In this document: positions 36,926 to 46,756 of the stretch, piece by piece
How positions within the stretch are numbered: the first letter of the stretch is position 1
Layout of the letters: every line of letters starts with the position of its first letter
From: a virus
Lineage: Duplodnaviria > Caudoviricetes
DNA length: 64,000 nucleotides
Direction: 5' to 3' (one strand)
Virus record (IMG/VR): IMGVR_UViG_3300029998_000597
The notes under the pieces: generated by a model
What the model was told of the DNA's origin: nothing
The model's database searches: none
The model's input: the letters and a program-made list of their open reading frames with translations, nothing else
Program-made: the position numbers and the translations under genes

Positions 36926-37201
36926 TTAATCAGGAATGTAATCTTCAATATATGCAGTTGCTTCTATTCCTTGCATAACAGATGCTCTTGTATTTGATAC
37001 TATTGCAGCACAATTTGGATTATATTTTTCTGTATTACCTAAATGAAGCATTAAAAATCTTGATGCAAATTCAAAATCTTTCATTTCATTATCAAACCAT
37101 ATTTCAAAATCTACTTCAAGTTTTTCCTGTTCACTTGCTTCTAAATTTGAAGCATCTGATTTCGAATTAAAGAAATTATTTAATACATTAATTTTTTTCA
37201 T
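36926..37201 (-). CDS. hypothetical protein
   Basis: ORF in the - run. Confidence 0.7.
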   Translation of the reverse strand: MKKINVLNNFFNSKSDASNLEASEQEKLEVDFEIWFDNEMKDFEFASRFLMLHLGNTEKYNPNCAAIVSNTRASVMQGIEATAYIEDYIPD

Positions 37202-37259
37202 ATTATTTATTTTTTTAGTTTATTTTGTGTAGTTAATCGGTTTATTATCGATTATCGTG

Positions 37260-37811
37260 TTATAATTTACTAACATCAACATTATACTCTTTAATAATTG
37301 TATTTAGTGGTACGTGAATTATTGTTTCACCATCTTTAGAAAAGAATTTGTTTTTAAAGATTATTTTTGCAAACCAATTTATGTGTACGGCATTATATTT
37401 TGTAAATTCAATGAATGGTTTATTATTAATTTTAATATCTTCTTTAACATATGTGTTACCATCATTTTCAAGTTTAGATATTTTATAACCAAATTCTGAA
37501 TTTGATATATAATAGTAATAATCTTTGTTTTCGATACGCCCAGAGCCTAAAAAGAAATTACCACTAATTGAAGAATTAACTGATAATGAATTTATATAAG
37601 TCACACCAAATTTCGGGCATTTCTCATATTTAATATTGATAGATGAAAAGCAAGAAATAATAAGAAAAATACCAAGTGTAATACCAAAAGTACCAATAAA
37701 AGCTAAAAATCCAGCATCAAAATCCCAATTATCGTCAGTAATTTCTTTATATATTAACATAAAAACACCCAATATGATTGAGATAAAAATAATAATTCCA
37801 AATATTGTCAT
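37260..37811 (-). CDS. two-TM membrane-anchored phage protein
   Basis: Two N-terminal TM segments; SGNFFLGSG..YYY. Confidence 0.7.
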   Translation of the reverse strand: MTIFGIIIFISIILGVFMLIYKEITDDNWDFDAGFLAFIGTFGITLGIFLIISCFSSINIKYEKCPKFGVTYINSLSVNSSISGNFFLGSGRIENKDYYYYISNSEFGYKISKLENDGNTYVKEDIKINNKPFIEFTKYNAVHINWFAKIIFKNKFFSKDGETIIHVPLNTIIKEYNVDVSKL

Positions 37812-37822
37812 AACTTTAGTTT

Positions 37823-38065
37823 TTAATTTAAAATGTTTAATAGTTCTTTTAATTTATTAATTTCAATTGAAAATAAATCTTCCTTGGTTGGGTTACAATT
37901 TAATATAATTGAGATAATTTTATTTAGTATTTCACAATCACAATCGTAGTTCTCAAATGTGCCACTAATTTCCTGGATCATTGACCCAACATCCGATATT
38001 TCATATTGGACGACTATATTTTTAAATTCTATATCAATTTCCTGTGTAAGTTTAACTTTTTTCAT
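37823..38065 (-). CDS. hypothetical protein
   Basis: ORF in the - run. Confidence 0.65.
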   Translation of the reverse strand: MKKVKLTQEIDIEFKNIVVQYEISDVGSMIQEISGTFENYDCDCEILNKIISIILNCNPTKEDLFSIEINKLKELLNILN

Positions 38066-38077
38066 AATTTGATTAAT

Positions 38078-38644
38078 TTAAAATGGTAAATCATTAATTT
38101 CGTTTTCAGTTGGTTTTGGAAAATGTTGATTAAAATATTTCAATTCAGCTTCGGTTGTGATTATTTTATTAGCTTCTAAATCAAATTCGTGTTTTGTATA
38201 TCCCTTGTATGCATATTCTTTCTTCTTAAACCAAATATCCTCTTCATCTTGTAATTTAAGTGATATTCCATCAATTATAATGGTAGTATAATCGACTTTT
38301 CCAGTCCAGGTTAATACGTCATATAATTCACCATTTAGGCCCTCAAAACAATATTTTGAATCTCCTTGGTGTGATGTACTAGGACAATCATTCAAATCTT
38401 CAAAAAATTTAATTATTTTACCATTGTCAAAATCATTAGTTGATATAATTAGATCAACCTCAATAATTGGTCTTCTAATGTCATAACCATATAACCTCAA
38501 AGCAAGTGATCCACCAATAATGAAACCAGCATTATTTAATTCGGCTAATTTTTGTGGAGTAAAGACTTTGTTTGTGTCTGTATTTTGTAAACAAAGCGAA
38601 TCAAGTAATAAACATTGTGAGAGGAGGGAGTCTAAATAATCCAT
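38078..38644 (-). CDS. Pol-beta-superfamily nucleotidyltransferase-like protein
   Basis: IIGGSLAL..EVDLII; K..HE.DL; ends NDLPF. Confidence 0.55.
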   Translation of the reverse strand: MDYLDSLLSQCLLLDSLCLQNTDTNKVFTPQKLAELNNAGFIIGGSLALRLYGYDIRRPIIEVDLIISTNDFDNGKIIKFFEDLNDCPSTSHQGDSKYCFEGLNGELYDVLTWTGKVDYTTIIIDGISLKLQDEEDIWFKKKEYAYKGYTKHEFDLEANKIITTEAELKYFNQHFPKPTENEINDLPF

Positions 38645-38670
38645 ATTTCAATTTTATTTATTTTTTTTAT

Positions 38671-39144
38671 TCAAAATTTAGCACTTAAATGTATGATATA
38701 TGCTGTATAACTTTCACATGAAAATGTAGTTCCATTCCAACTTCTACAAGTTATTTCTACATTTTTAAATCCTTGTGATTCAATTTGCTTACATAATGTA
38801 TCAAAATAATCTTTCCCTTTCTTATTCATTATTATATCATATAAGTCTCCCAAGCATACTCCTGTTATATTACGGCAATCTGATGTCATATCATAATCTT
38901 TTTCTGATACATTTCTACCTCGTTCATCTAATATAACACTAAAATAGGTTTCACCATCCAAGGCTGCTTTATTAGCTTCTTTAAGCCAATTACTTTCAAA
39001 ATGATTGTAAGTTTTTTGGATTATTAAGTTAATTCTATCTTGTTCTAGTTTTTCCTTATCCAAAGCAATTAACTCTCTTTCATTTTTCAATTCAACTGCT
39101 CTATTTAAAGAGGTTTCTTTTAATTCTTCTGCTAATGTTTTCAT
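38671..39144 (-). CDS. hypothetical protein
   Basis: ORF after the promoter at 39194-39224. Confidence 0.7.
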   Translation of the reverse strand: MKTLAEELKETSLNRAVELKNERELIALDKEKLEQDRINLIIQKTYNHFESNWLKEANKAALDGETYFSVILDERGRNVSEKDYDMTSDCRNITGVCLGDLYDIIMNKKGKDYFDTLCKQIESQGFKNVEITCRSWNGTTFSCESYTAYIIHLSAKF

Positions 39145-39193
39145 ATTATTAATTTTTTATCCCCTCGGATCGGGATTTATTTTAATTTCACAA

Positions 39194-39224
39194 CAAATGT
39201 ACTGATAATAATTTAATAAAACAA
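39194..39224 (-). promoter_or_regulatory. TTG-N20-TAnnTTTG promoter
   Basis: + strand CAAATGTA 39194 and CAA 39222. Confidence 0.85.
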
Positions 39225-39280
39225 GTTTTAGGCTAACTTTTTGTTTAAAAAAATTCATTTAAAGCGATAATATTAAGTAT

Positions 39281-39595
39281 ATGGGGTTCATTTATCTAAT
39301 AAACGAGGCTGGCACTTCCAATTATAAAATTGGAGTAACAAAAGCCAAAACAGTCAACAAAAGAAAGTTAGAGCTTCAAACTGGGAATTCTAATGAACTT
39401 ATTTTGTGTAGAAAGTTTGAAACAGATTATCCATATAAGTTAGAAAATATGCTACATAATCATTATCATTTAAAACGGTTGATGGGGGAATGGTTTAATT
39501 TAACCGATGCTCAGGCAACAGATTTTATAAACATCTGTGAGTCTAAACATCGGTTAATTAGGTATTTATTGGAGAATAATGAATTTTATAACTAA
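39281..39595 (+). CDS. GIY-YIG T5orf172/MUG113-like protein
   Basis: GFIYLI...YKIGVT..R..LQTGN; LE..LH; GEWF. Confidence 0.8.
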   Translation: MGFIYLINEAGTSNYKIGVTKAKTVNKRKLELQTGNSNELILCRKFETDYPYKLENMLHNHYHLKRLMGEWFNLTDAQATDFINICESKHRLIRYLLENNEFYN

Positions 39596-39840
39596 GTTGT
39601 TTTTGGAAATATTTTTTTAGATAGGTTATATATAGCAAATTGATTTTTAACATCGGTAATTGAAGAATCCAAGGTATCATTGTGATTACCTTTTTTAGTT
39701 ATAAATCTTGGAATCCCATTCTCTAATATGATTAATCGAACCTTTAATCTATTTTTAGGACCTATTTCAATTACAATACGTAAATTAGAACTTTCTTTAA
39801 TCCAATTTAACCAAATTTGGTTTTCTTCTGAAATATTCAT
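39592..39840 (-). CDS. hypothetical protein
   Basis: ORF in the - run. Confidence 0.65.
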   Translation of the reverse strand: MNISEENQIWLNWIKESSNLRIVIEIGPKNRLKVRLIILENGIPRFITKKGNHNDTLDSSITDVKNQFAIYNLSKKIFPKTT

Positions 39841-39892
39841 TATTTTTAGTTTTTATAATATATCTAATATATAAGCGTGACAAATTAATTGT

Positions 39893-40123
39893 TTATTCAA
39901 AGCTTTTTATCCAATTTTTAGCTTTTCCAGATATTTTATTTGTAAATATGATAGCAGATCTTTCAGATTTAAACACTTCATATTCTCCTGTTAATTTTAT
40001 CATAGCTGACCAATACCCATAATTACGTTCTTCCAATTTATCACCAAATTCGTTGGTTAAAGTATTATAATGGGTAGTTGTTAAATCTCTTTTTTGGTTA
40101 ATTAAACGATCTCTATTTTTCAT
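39893..40123 (-). CDS. hypothetical protein
   Basis: ORF in the - run. Confidence 0.65.
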   Translation of the reverse strand: MKNRDRLINQKRDLTTTHYNTLTNEFGDKLEERNYGYWSAMIKLTGEYEVFKSERSAIIFTNKISGKAKNWIKSFE

Positions 40124-40135
40124 ATGTCTAATTGA

Positions 40136-40351
40136 TTAAATAATTGTATATTCACATGCTGTTTCATTAATTTCAACAGATTGACCAGGTTTTAGTTTTG
40201 ATACTGATAAAACATATTCTTTATATGTTGGTTGTAGACACCCATAATGCGGCTCATTATCCCTATAATCGTATTCTTCCTCTATCTCTTTTTTTAATTC
40301 TTCGTAAGTGTAGGTATTTATGATTTCTTCATAAGATTCATCGTTGTACAT
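40136..40351 (-). CDS. hypothetical protein
   Basis: ORF in the - run. Confidence 0.65.
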   Translation of the reverse strand: MYNDESYEEIINTYTYEELKKEIEEEYDYRDNEPHYGCLQPTYKEYVLSVSKLKPGQSVEINETACEYTII

Positions 40352-40368
40352 AATTTAAATTTTTATTA

Positions 40369-41517
40369 TTAATTTTCTTCGTCGTTCAAAACAACATATA
40401 TGGACATTCCAAGGTTAAATACGAATATTATTATTAACGTCCACATAAATTGAGTTCCTGTTAATTGAATATCAATATAATTGAAGTCTTTAAATTCTTT
40501 TCTTTTCCAGTATTGTGGTATCGCTGCTTTTGTCCAATTAGCAAATTCTATGAAATCTAACTTTTCCTTACCATTAAAATATGATTTTAAATTAACCTCA
40601 TATGTTGGTTTATCGCACCAAGAAAATGCATCAACCCACAAAATTTTTTTACTTGTGGAATCCAAACAAATGCAAGTAACCAACTCGTTTTTATTTCCAC
40701 CCTCCCAATAACTCCTTTGATCTTGAACTATCGAAAGTGGTTTATTATAAAATACCAGATTATAGGTTCTAAACTGATTTCTATGACCATAATAACCATT
40801 AATGAATCCCCATTGGACTAATTCATCCTTTGATGGTTTATACCCCAAAAACGGGCTTTGATTTGAGTCGTTATCGCTATTGAAAAACCCACCATTGCTT
40901 TGGTTATATAAACTTGGATAATCATATAATCCCAATATTTTCGCTTCATCTGGCGTTATATTTTCAAATCCAAATATAGATTTGGAACCTTTTATTTTAT
41001 TCTCATATTTATGGTCGATTGTTCTAGTTTTTGAGTGACTTATATTACCGTCCCATAATTTTGAATAACAATCACCATCTTGCGAATCGTAATTTCGATG
41101 CATATCAATAAATGAATTTTCAGTATTCCAAAGTGAGAATAAACGATTATATTCCTTATTTGAAATACTATACTCATAACCATTATTCAATGTTTGCTTC
41201 CATTCAGGTCCATGATTTTCAACATAGGAACAATCATAAGACTCAGTTGTTTGGTTCTTACCGCTACCAACTGTTCTTGTACAAGTTCTATGGATATATT
41301 CATCCCAAGGTTCATAATATTTTATTCCAGTCACATAATTACCATAATATTCTGTATCTGAAGTTGTATATGAAATCATCCCGAAATATAAACACCCAGC
41401 AATAAACATCGATGGAAGTACAATAATAAGATATTCCCACCATACAACCTTCTGTCTAAAAAAGACAAGAAGGAAGATGGCGAAAATAAGAGGTATAATA
41501 AACGCTATGGTTGTCAT
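40369..41517 (-). CDS. membrane protein (2 N-terminal TM, large extracytoplasmic domain, C-terminal TM)
   Basis: Hydrophobic segments; YYEPWDE..C..HGPEW; WEGGNKNEL. Confidence 0.75.
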   Translation of the reverse strand: MTTIAFIIPLIFAIFLLVFFRQKVVWWEYLIIVLPSMFIAGCLYFGMISYTTSDTEYYGNYVTGIKYYEPWDEYIHRTCTRTVGSGKNQTTESYDCSYVENHGPEWKQTLNNGYEYSISNKEYNRLFSLWNTENSFIDMHRNYDSQDGDCYSKLWDGNISHSKTRTIDHKYENKIKGSKSIFGFENITPDEAKILGLYDYPSLYNQSNGGFFNSDNDSNQSPFLGYKPSKDELVQWGFINGYYGHRNQFRTYNLVFYNKPLSIVQDQRSYWEGGNKNELVTCICLDSTSKKILWVDAFSWCDKPTYEVNLKSYFNGKEKLDFIEFANWTKAAIPQYWKRKEFKDFNYIDIQLTGTQFMWTLIIIFVFNLGMSIYVVLNDEEN

Positions 41518-41529
41518 AAATTGATGTTA

Positions 41530-42060
41530 TTATAATTCAACGTTATCATCAATACCAGATACCATTACTTCTTTAGTTCTAGTGCTTGAAATGGTAGTAT
41601 ACTGAATATGTGTCTTATTAGTAATAAAGAATTTACTTGGTATAGTACTTAATAACGTTTCATGCTGACGAATAATATCCAACATACGCGTCTGCTGTGT
41701 CACAAACCCTTGACGTTCGATATTTATGGCATCCATAACGCGAGTATACATTTGAGGTGATAACGTTGGATTTTGCTCAACAACCAATTTCATCAAACTA
41801 CCATCACCTTTAGCATATCGGCCTTCCATAATACCTTTAACGGTTTCTTTAAAATCAGATGAATAACTGTTTTTAACCTCATTCGTCTGGTGAATAACTT
41901 TCCACATATTATCATAAACAATTTCCACTTTTCCACGTTGTGCTTCAGCTTCTTTTCGAATTGATACATCCTGGTTGTTATAATTAAAATACATTGCGGT
42001 ATAAATAACACCACCAAAAATCAAAATACCCAATACAATAGCTGCAATAATTTTTCCCAT
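41530..42060 (-). CDS. LemA-like single-TM helical protein
   Basis: N-terminal TM then coiled coil; EQNP; I.IER.GF. Confidence 0.5.
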   Translation of the reverse strand: MGKIIAAIVLGILIFGGVIYTAMYFNYNNQDVSIRKEAEAQRGKVEIVYDNMWKVIHQTNEVKNSYSSDFKETVKGIMEGRYAKGDGSLMKLVVEQNPTLSPQMYTRVMDAINIERQGFVTQQTRMLDIIRQHETLLSTIPSKFFITNKTHIQYTTISSTRTKEVMVSGIDDNVEL

Positions 42061-42144
42061 TCTTTTTCTTTTTTTAATTTATAGTTTATATTAATTTTAT
42101 TTAATTCTGGTACAAAAGTAATGTAATTTACTTATTAATGGAAA

Positions 42145-42393
42145 TCACTTAACAATTTTTTCGATATCTTCTTTATTAAATACGATATTCCCTTTATATT
42201 CTGAACATGCCCAATATATTTTAGTATAGTCCATTAAACCTTCGTAATGGCAATCATTACAACGAGGATATCCTTGATTTCTATGTATATAATCAGTTAT
42301 TTTTACAATTACAATACTCGTTTTATCACTTCCGCATTTTGGACATGCGGGGTGGTTTTCTATTGTTAAAGAGGTGAAATCTTTTCTACTCAT
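42145..42393 (-). CDS. zinc-ribbon protein
   Basis: CPKCG...CNDC. Confidence 0.65.
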   Translation of the reverse strand: MSRKDFTSLTIENHPACPKCGSDKTSIVIVKITDYIHRNQGYPRCNDCHYEGLMDYTKIYWACSEYKGNIVFNKEDIEKIVK

Positions 42394-43526
42394 TGTTTAA
42401 TTTCTTCATTTAATATTTCATCAATTATTTTATTAGAATCAAATGGAAGGCTTTTGGTTGATATTATATTAATATCATCAATTGGCATTTTCCTAATCTT
42501 AAGTAATAATTCTTTTACAAATAGTGGATCAACTTTTTCTGGTAAATTTGATTTATCATACAATTCCTGTAAACCAGCGATATCGCGTTCTGCATCTTCA
42601 ATTATTTTATCTAAAGGAACTTCACCACGTTTGATTGAAAGTAAATAGTCGGCATTTGGGCGTTTAACGGTAAAAGTGCCTGTAGTGGCAATCGAAACCC
42701 CCACATCGATGAGCCTCCGACAATGCAATAGGTTCTTACCATCTATAAATGAACCACTTAGAGTTTGTCCGTGCTTTTTAACATCAACATATCTTTGGGT
42801 GTTCCTATTTTTTAACCATTCATTATACTCCTTCCACTCCTTCATGAACTTTGAATATGCTTCAACATTATAATATATCATCACAAATGGCGTTTCTCCT
42901 TTTTTAATAGATGACAATCTAACCTCATTACTATTTTCACCAATTATTCCTCTATAACCATCATTATTGTAATCATAATAAACGGCATAACAATCTTTCA
43001 TATGATCCAATCGAACTAAGCCACATTTTTCTTGTAATAGCCCATTGTCGTTCAAATATTCTTTAAAAGAATATGTTTTACCATTATTATAAAAATATAT
43101 AAAATCTAAAGGTGTCTTTAATTTATAATCATTTTCATTGTAATTTAATTTTTTACCCAACGAATTTGCCTTTGAAATCTGACTGTAACCATATGAAGTA
43201 AAGGCATTTGCGCATTTTTTTGTTACAAACACATCCCTATTTTCACGTATTAGTTCAAATTGAGGTGATGTATGTAAAATATATTCATCATCAGAAAATA
43301 GCAATTCTAAACAGGTCGGATTTCCGACAGAACATAATTCTAAAAATCGACGAACCTCATAGTACGTTTCATCTTTAGTTACATTAATTTGCTCGGTATA
43401 GCCAAATGATAATAAATTATCAATAGGGCATAAAAAAATACCCTTTTTATCTAAATCACTGGTTTCAATATTTGTACCATAAGCAACGCTACCAACAATA
43501 GCTTCAAAAATTAAATTTTCAATCAT
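42390..43526 (-). CDS. RlaP-like (Nuc-transf) nucleotidyltransferase
   Basis: VGSVAYGT..SDLDKKGIF, NPTCLELL, DGKNLLHCRRL, LLSIKRGE. Confidence 0.8.
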   Translation of the reverse strand: MIENLIFEAIVGSVAYGTNIETSDLDKKGIFLCPIDNLLSFGYTEQINVTKDETYYEVRRFLELCSVGNPTCLELLFSDDEYILHTSPQFELIRENRDVFVTKKCANAFTSYGYSQISKANSLGKKLNYNENDYKLKTPLDFIYFYNNGKTYSFKEYLNDNGLLQEKCGLVRLDHMKDCYAVYYDYNNDGYRGIIGENSNEVRLSSIKKGETPFVMIYYNVEAYSKFMKEWKEYNEWLKNRNTQRYVDVKKHGQTLSGSFIDGKNLLHCRRLIDVGVSIATTGTFTVKRPNADYLLSIKRGEVPLDKIIEDAERDIAGLQELYDKSNLPEKVDPLFVKELLLKIRKMPIDDINIISTKSLPFDSNKIIDEILNEEIKQ

Positions 43527-44805
43527 AAATTTCTTTATTTAATATTTCTTCTATATTATTAAATTCCGTATAAGGAATTCTAATTAACTTAATATTATTA
43601 TCAAGGCAATATTGGGTTTTTATTTTATCATTTCTTTGAATTGATTCAAAACCTTCTATTCCACCAAATCTATCTACTTGTTTATAATGTTGTTCCCCAT
43701 CGTATTCAATACAAGTATTATATTTAGGAATATAAAAATCAAATGGGAGAGAATATTTATATCTACAATCATCAAATTTATGTTCCCGAATAAATTTAAG
43801 TTTAAAATTTGTTAATGTTTGATTTACAATTTTTTCACCTTTACTTTCATTACATTTAGGACATCCCTGACCTTTTAAATGATTATGAGGTGTTTGCCAA
43901 AATTCTCCGTGAATAGGGCATATTATTTTAACCTTTATATTGGTTCCTTTATATTCTACCTTTGAATAATCATATTTATCTCTATGAATTAGTTTTGTTT
44001 TTTCAATAAAATAATTATAATCCATATAACTACCTGAACACTTAGGGCATCCTTTACCATCTAAATGACTATTTGGTGTTTGCCAAAATTCGCCATGAAT
44101 CGGGCATGTTATATCTACTTTAATTATTGAATTTATGTAATCAACATTTTCATATGTGAATTTATTATTATGTTTTTCTTTAGATTTTTCAATGAATGTA
44201 TCTAAATCCATAAAGTTTCCGCCACATTTAGAACATCCATAACCAATCATGTGTGAATTAGCTTTTTGATAAAACTCCCCATGTTCTGGGCAAACTATAC
44301 ATACGTCACTCTCACTATTTACATAATTAGTCTTGGAATAATCATATTTAAAATTATGTTTTTTATTAGATTTTTTAATAAAGTATTCAGTATTATTAGT
44401 TTTGCTTAAAGATCTATTAACATTTCCACACATAGAACATCCCCTACCTTGTAAATGATCACTTGGTGTTTGCCAAAATTCACCATGTATAGGACAAATG
44501 ATACATACTTTAGTTTGAGCATTTTTATAATCTATCTTAGTATAATTATATTTATCTCCATGTATCACAATTGCTTTAGAGATAAAAATATCATTGTTGT
44601 GCCTAAGTTTATCACTTTTTAATTTTATTCCACATTTGTTACACCCATTACCCACCAAATGGGAATTTGGTAATTGTAAAAATTCGCCATGTTCTGGACA
44701 AATTATGATTACTTTGATATTTGATTTTACATATTCAACCAGTGAATAATCATATTTGTCACCATGTTTTGCTTTTGCTTTTTTAATAAATTCATCTTTC
44801 GTCAT
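43519..44805 (-). CDS. CPxHG zinc-repeat endonuclease, PD-(D/E)xK C-terminus
   Basis: 5 CPxHG repeats; SKGE; LPFDFYIP..IEYDGEQHY; LIRIPY. Confidence 0.75.
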   Translation of the reverse strand: MTKDEFIKKAKAKHGDKYDYSLVEYVKSNIKVIIICPEHGEFLQLPNSHLVGNGCNKCGIKLKSDKLRHNNDIFISKAIVIHGDKYNYTKIDYKNAQTKVCIICPIHGEFWQTPSDHLQGRGCSMCGNVNRSLSKTNNTEYFIKKSNKKHNFKYDYSKTNYVNSESDVCIVCPEHGEFYQKANSHMIGYGCSKCGGNFMDLDTFIEKSKEKHNNKFTYENVDYINSIIKVDITCPIHGEFWQTPNSHLDGKGCPKCSGSYMDYNYFIEKTKLIHRDKYDYSKVEYKGTNIKVKIICPIHGEFWQTPHNHLKGQGCPKCNESKGEKIVNQTLTNFKLKFIREHKFDDCRYKYSLPFDFYIPKYNTCIEYDGEQHYKQVDRFGGIEGFESIQRNDKIKTQYCLDNNIKLIRIPYTEFNNIEEILNKEIYD

Positions 44806-44965
44806 TCTTTAAATTGTTAATACTCTTATTTTCTTCACACCATTTTCTAATAAAATTAGAAATCATTTTAGATCTATTAAAACCAAATTCATCACTAATT
44901 TTAATAAAATCATATTTTAGATCTGGATCAATCGTAAAATTAATTGTTGTTTTTTTATTTTTCAT
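44792..44965 (-). CDS. ribbon-helix-helix protein, 57 aa (not in ORF track)
   Basis: MKNKKTTINFTIDPDLKYDFIKISDEFGFNRSKMISNFIRKWCEE...; overlaps the nuclease start; TATTTATA at 44979-44986. Confidence 0.75.
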   Translation of the reverse strand: MKNKKTTINFTIDPDLKYDFIKISDEFGFNRSKMISNFIRKWCEENKSINNLKNDER

Positions 44966-45055
44966 ATTCATTTCTATTTATAAATATACGGGAATGGAAT
45001 TTATTCACGTTTTTATTTAAATTAATTTCCAAAAACTTGTTATTTATAAATTATT

Positions 45056-45736
45056 CTAAATAGCCTTAATTAATAGTGGGGTTACTCCTCCTTGAAAACA
45101 GCCACATATGGGCAGTAATCCGTCACCCCTGGCATCACAATTAGGTAATTTAGTTATACCATTATAATAAGTCTTTTTATATTTATCTTCAATCTTTGAT
45201 ACTTCAATAAGAACGTGAAATCCCCCGTGAGTTTGCACAAAAGTTATTGCACTCTCGTTAATTACTTCAACAATACTTGACTTCATTTCTTCAATAGTTG
45301 TATTATCAAAGTCAAAATCCATAAAAACAGTTCTACTACAAGCTTTTTGGATAGCTGTTAATGCTTCAGCTTGTGGGTTATATCCGCTATATTTATCAAA
45401 ACATAAATCTATTAACTTTTTAGCTAAATTCTTACCAGCTTTCTCGTAACTTCTTGGGTTTGGTGTGATATATAAACACATTGATTCAACAGGAATTGGT
45501 TCACCTTTGTATTTATATGTGCCAAGTTCACATTCCATTTGTTTAATTTTATCAAATAAAAATTCTTTATTTGATGTTATTCTCTTCAATTGAACCTTAT
45601 CTTTTAATAATTTATCGGTATATTTATTACGACATAATAATGTAACATAGTATCCCTCCCCATCTTCTAACTCTGGCAACCAATCTATAAAATTACACAA
45701 AGCAACTTCGTCAGTGATTATCTTATAATTTTCCAT
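45056..45736 (-). CDS. hypothetical protein with AEP/PrimPol-like motifs
   Basis: MDFDFD (DxD) and QTHGGFHV. Confidence 0.4.
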   Translation of the reverse strand: MENYKIITDEVALCNFIDWLPELEDGEGYYVTLLCRNKYTDKLLKDKVQLKRITSNKEFLFDKIKQMECELGTYKYKGEPIPVESMCLYITPNPRSYEKAGKNLAKKLIDLCFDKYSGYNPQAEALTAIQKACSRTVFMDFDFDNTTIEEMKSSIVEVINESAITFVQTHGGFHVLIEVSKIEDKYKKTYYNGITKLPNCDARGDGLLPICGCFQGGVTPLLIKAI

Positions 45737-45739
45737 ATA

Positions 45740-45979
45740 TTATTTGTATTTTCTAATTAGTTTAAATATTTCATTCAAATCACTAAATTTAAAATCCCCA
45801 TCACGTTTTATTGGATAATAACCAAGTGTAAAACCATGATTTGCTTGGAATTTTTCAACAACTTTTTTATTATTAATTTTATCAATATAAATCCACGGAA
45901 AATTAGCACATAAATTAAGATTAATACCAATCTTTTTTAAACGATCAACGAATTTAGTTAATTCAATGAAGTTTTCCAT
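45740..45979 (-). CDS. hypothetical protein
   Basis: ORF in the - run. Confidence 0.7.
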   Translation of the reverse strand: MENFIELTKFVDRLKKIGINLNLCANFPWIYIDKINNKKVVEKFQANHGFTLGYYPIKRDGDFKFSDLNEIFKLIRKYK

Positions 45980-45982
45980 AGA

Positions 45983-46231
45983 TTATTTTTGAAGTGAATA
46001 TAATTTAATTTCATTTAAACAGTTAGGACATTGCACAATACGATAATTAACATCTTCTTTTGTTTCAATTTGTACACCTGTTTCATCAAAACCAATTGTT
46101 TTAACCGAGCATTTATATGTATCTAAATGTTCACCATTTAATGGTATAATAGTTTTACAAATTTTACATTTTTTTTGAGCTGGAACATCCAATCCCATAA
46201 GAGATCGTAATAAATAAGATAGTGAATTCAT
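45983..46231 (-). CDS. zinc-ribbon protein
   Basis: CKIC...CPNC. Confidence 0.65.
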   Translation of the reverse strand: MNSLSYLLRSLMGLDVPAQKKCKICKTIIPLNGEHLDTYKCSVKTIGFDETGVQIETKEDVNYRIVQCPNCLNEIKLYSLQK

Positions 46232-46235
46232 AATT

Positions 46236-46478
46236 TTATTTTAGATTTTTAATTTTAAGTTTTTTATTTATTTCAACTAATCTACTATAATTATCTATAG
46301 TAGCTGAATAATATGTGGTATCAATTTTAATAATAACTATATAATCGAGTATAGTTCCATAACCATTTTTTGCGACATAAGTTGTATCAATAACCTCATA
46401 GTCATAAACTTTTGATAAATCCTTTGTACACGAGGAAAATAGTAAAATAGCAAAAATAAGTGGTATTAATTTTTTCAT
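46236..46478 (-). CDS. small lipoprotein
   Basis: MKKLIPLIFAILLFSSC signal peptide II. Confidence 0.7.
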   Translation of the reverse strand: MKKLIPLIFAILLFSSCTKDLSKVYDYEVIDTTYVAKNGYGTILDYIVIIKIDTTYYSATIDNYSRLVEINKKLKIKNLK

Positions 46479-46738
46479 GACATTAATAGTTTTAAAATTG
46501 AATCTTCATCTATAACACGTTCGATATGATAACCACCAGCCCTAACACCATCGTATTCTATTTTTTTATCTATTAATTTAGCATTATTTATCGCGTCGGA
46601 TACGCCCTGATTATAAACGTCTTTCATAACATCAATTACCATTTCGGCATATTTTGAATCTACAGGTGCTAAACTCCAATACGACTTTGTATCGCGATAT
46701 CTATTTTGGAGCATTTCTTTAAGTTTTTCTTCTGTCAT
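46475..46738 (-). CDS. hypothetical protein
   Basis: ORF in the - run. Confidence 0.7.
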   Translation of the reverse strand: MTEEKLKEMLQNRYRDTKSYWSLAPVDSKYAEMVIDVMKDVYNQGVSDAINNAKLIDKKIEYDGVRAGGYHIERVIDEDSILKLLMS

Positions 46739-46756
46739 ATTATATTATATAATCTA

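Noticed and set aside
43800-44780. Periodic DNA similarity inside the CPxHG genes
   Set aside because: Explained by tandem protein domains.
45035-45065. ACTTG on the + strand resembling the promoter -33 element
   Set aside because: There is no TAnnTTTG 20 nt downstream and no + strand gene.
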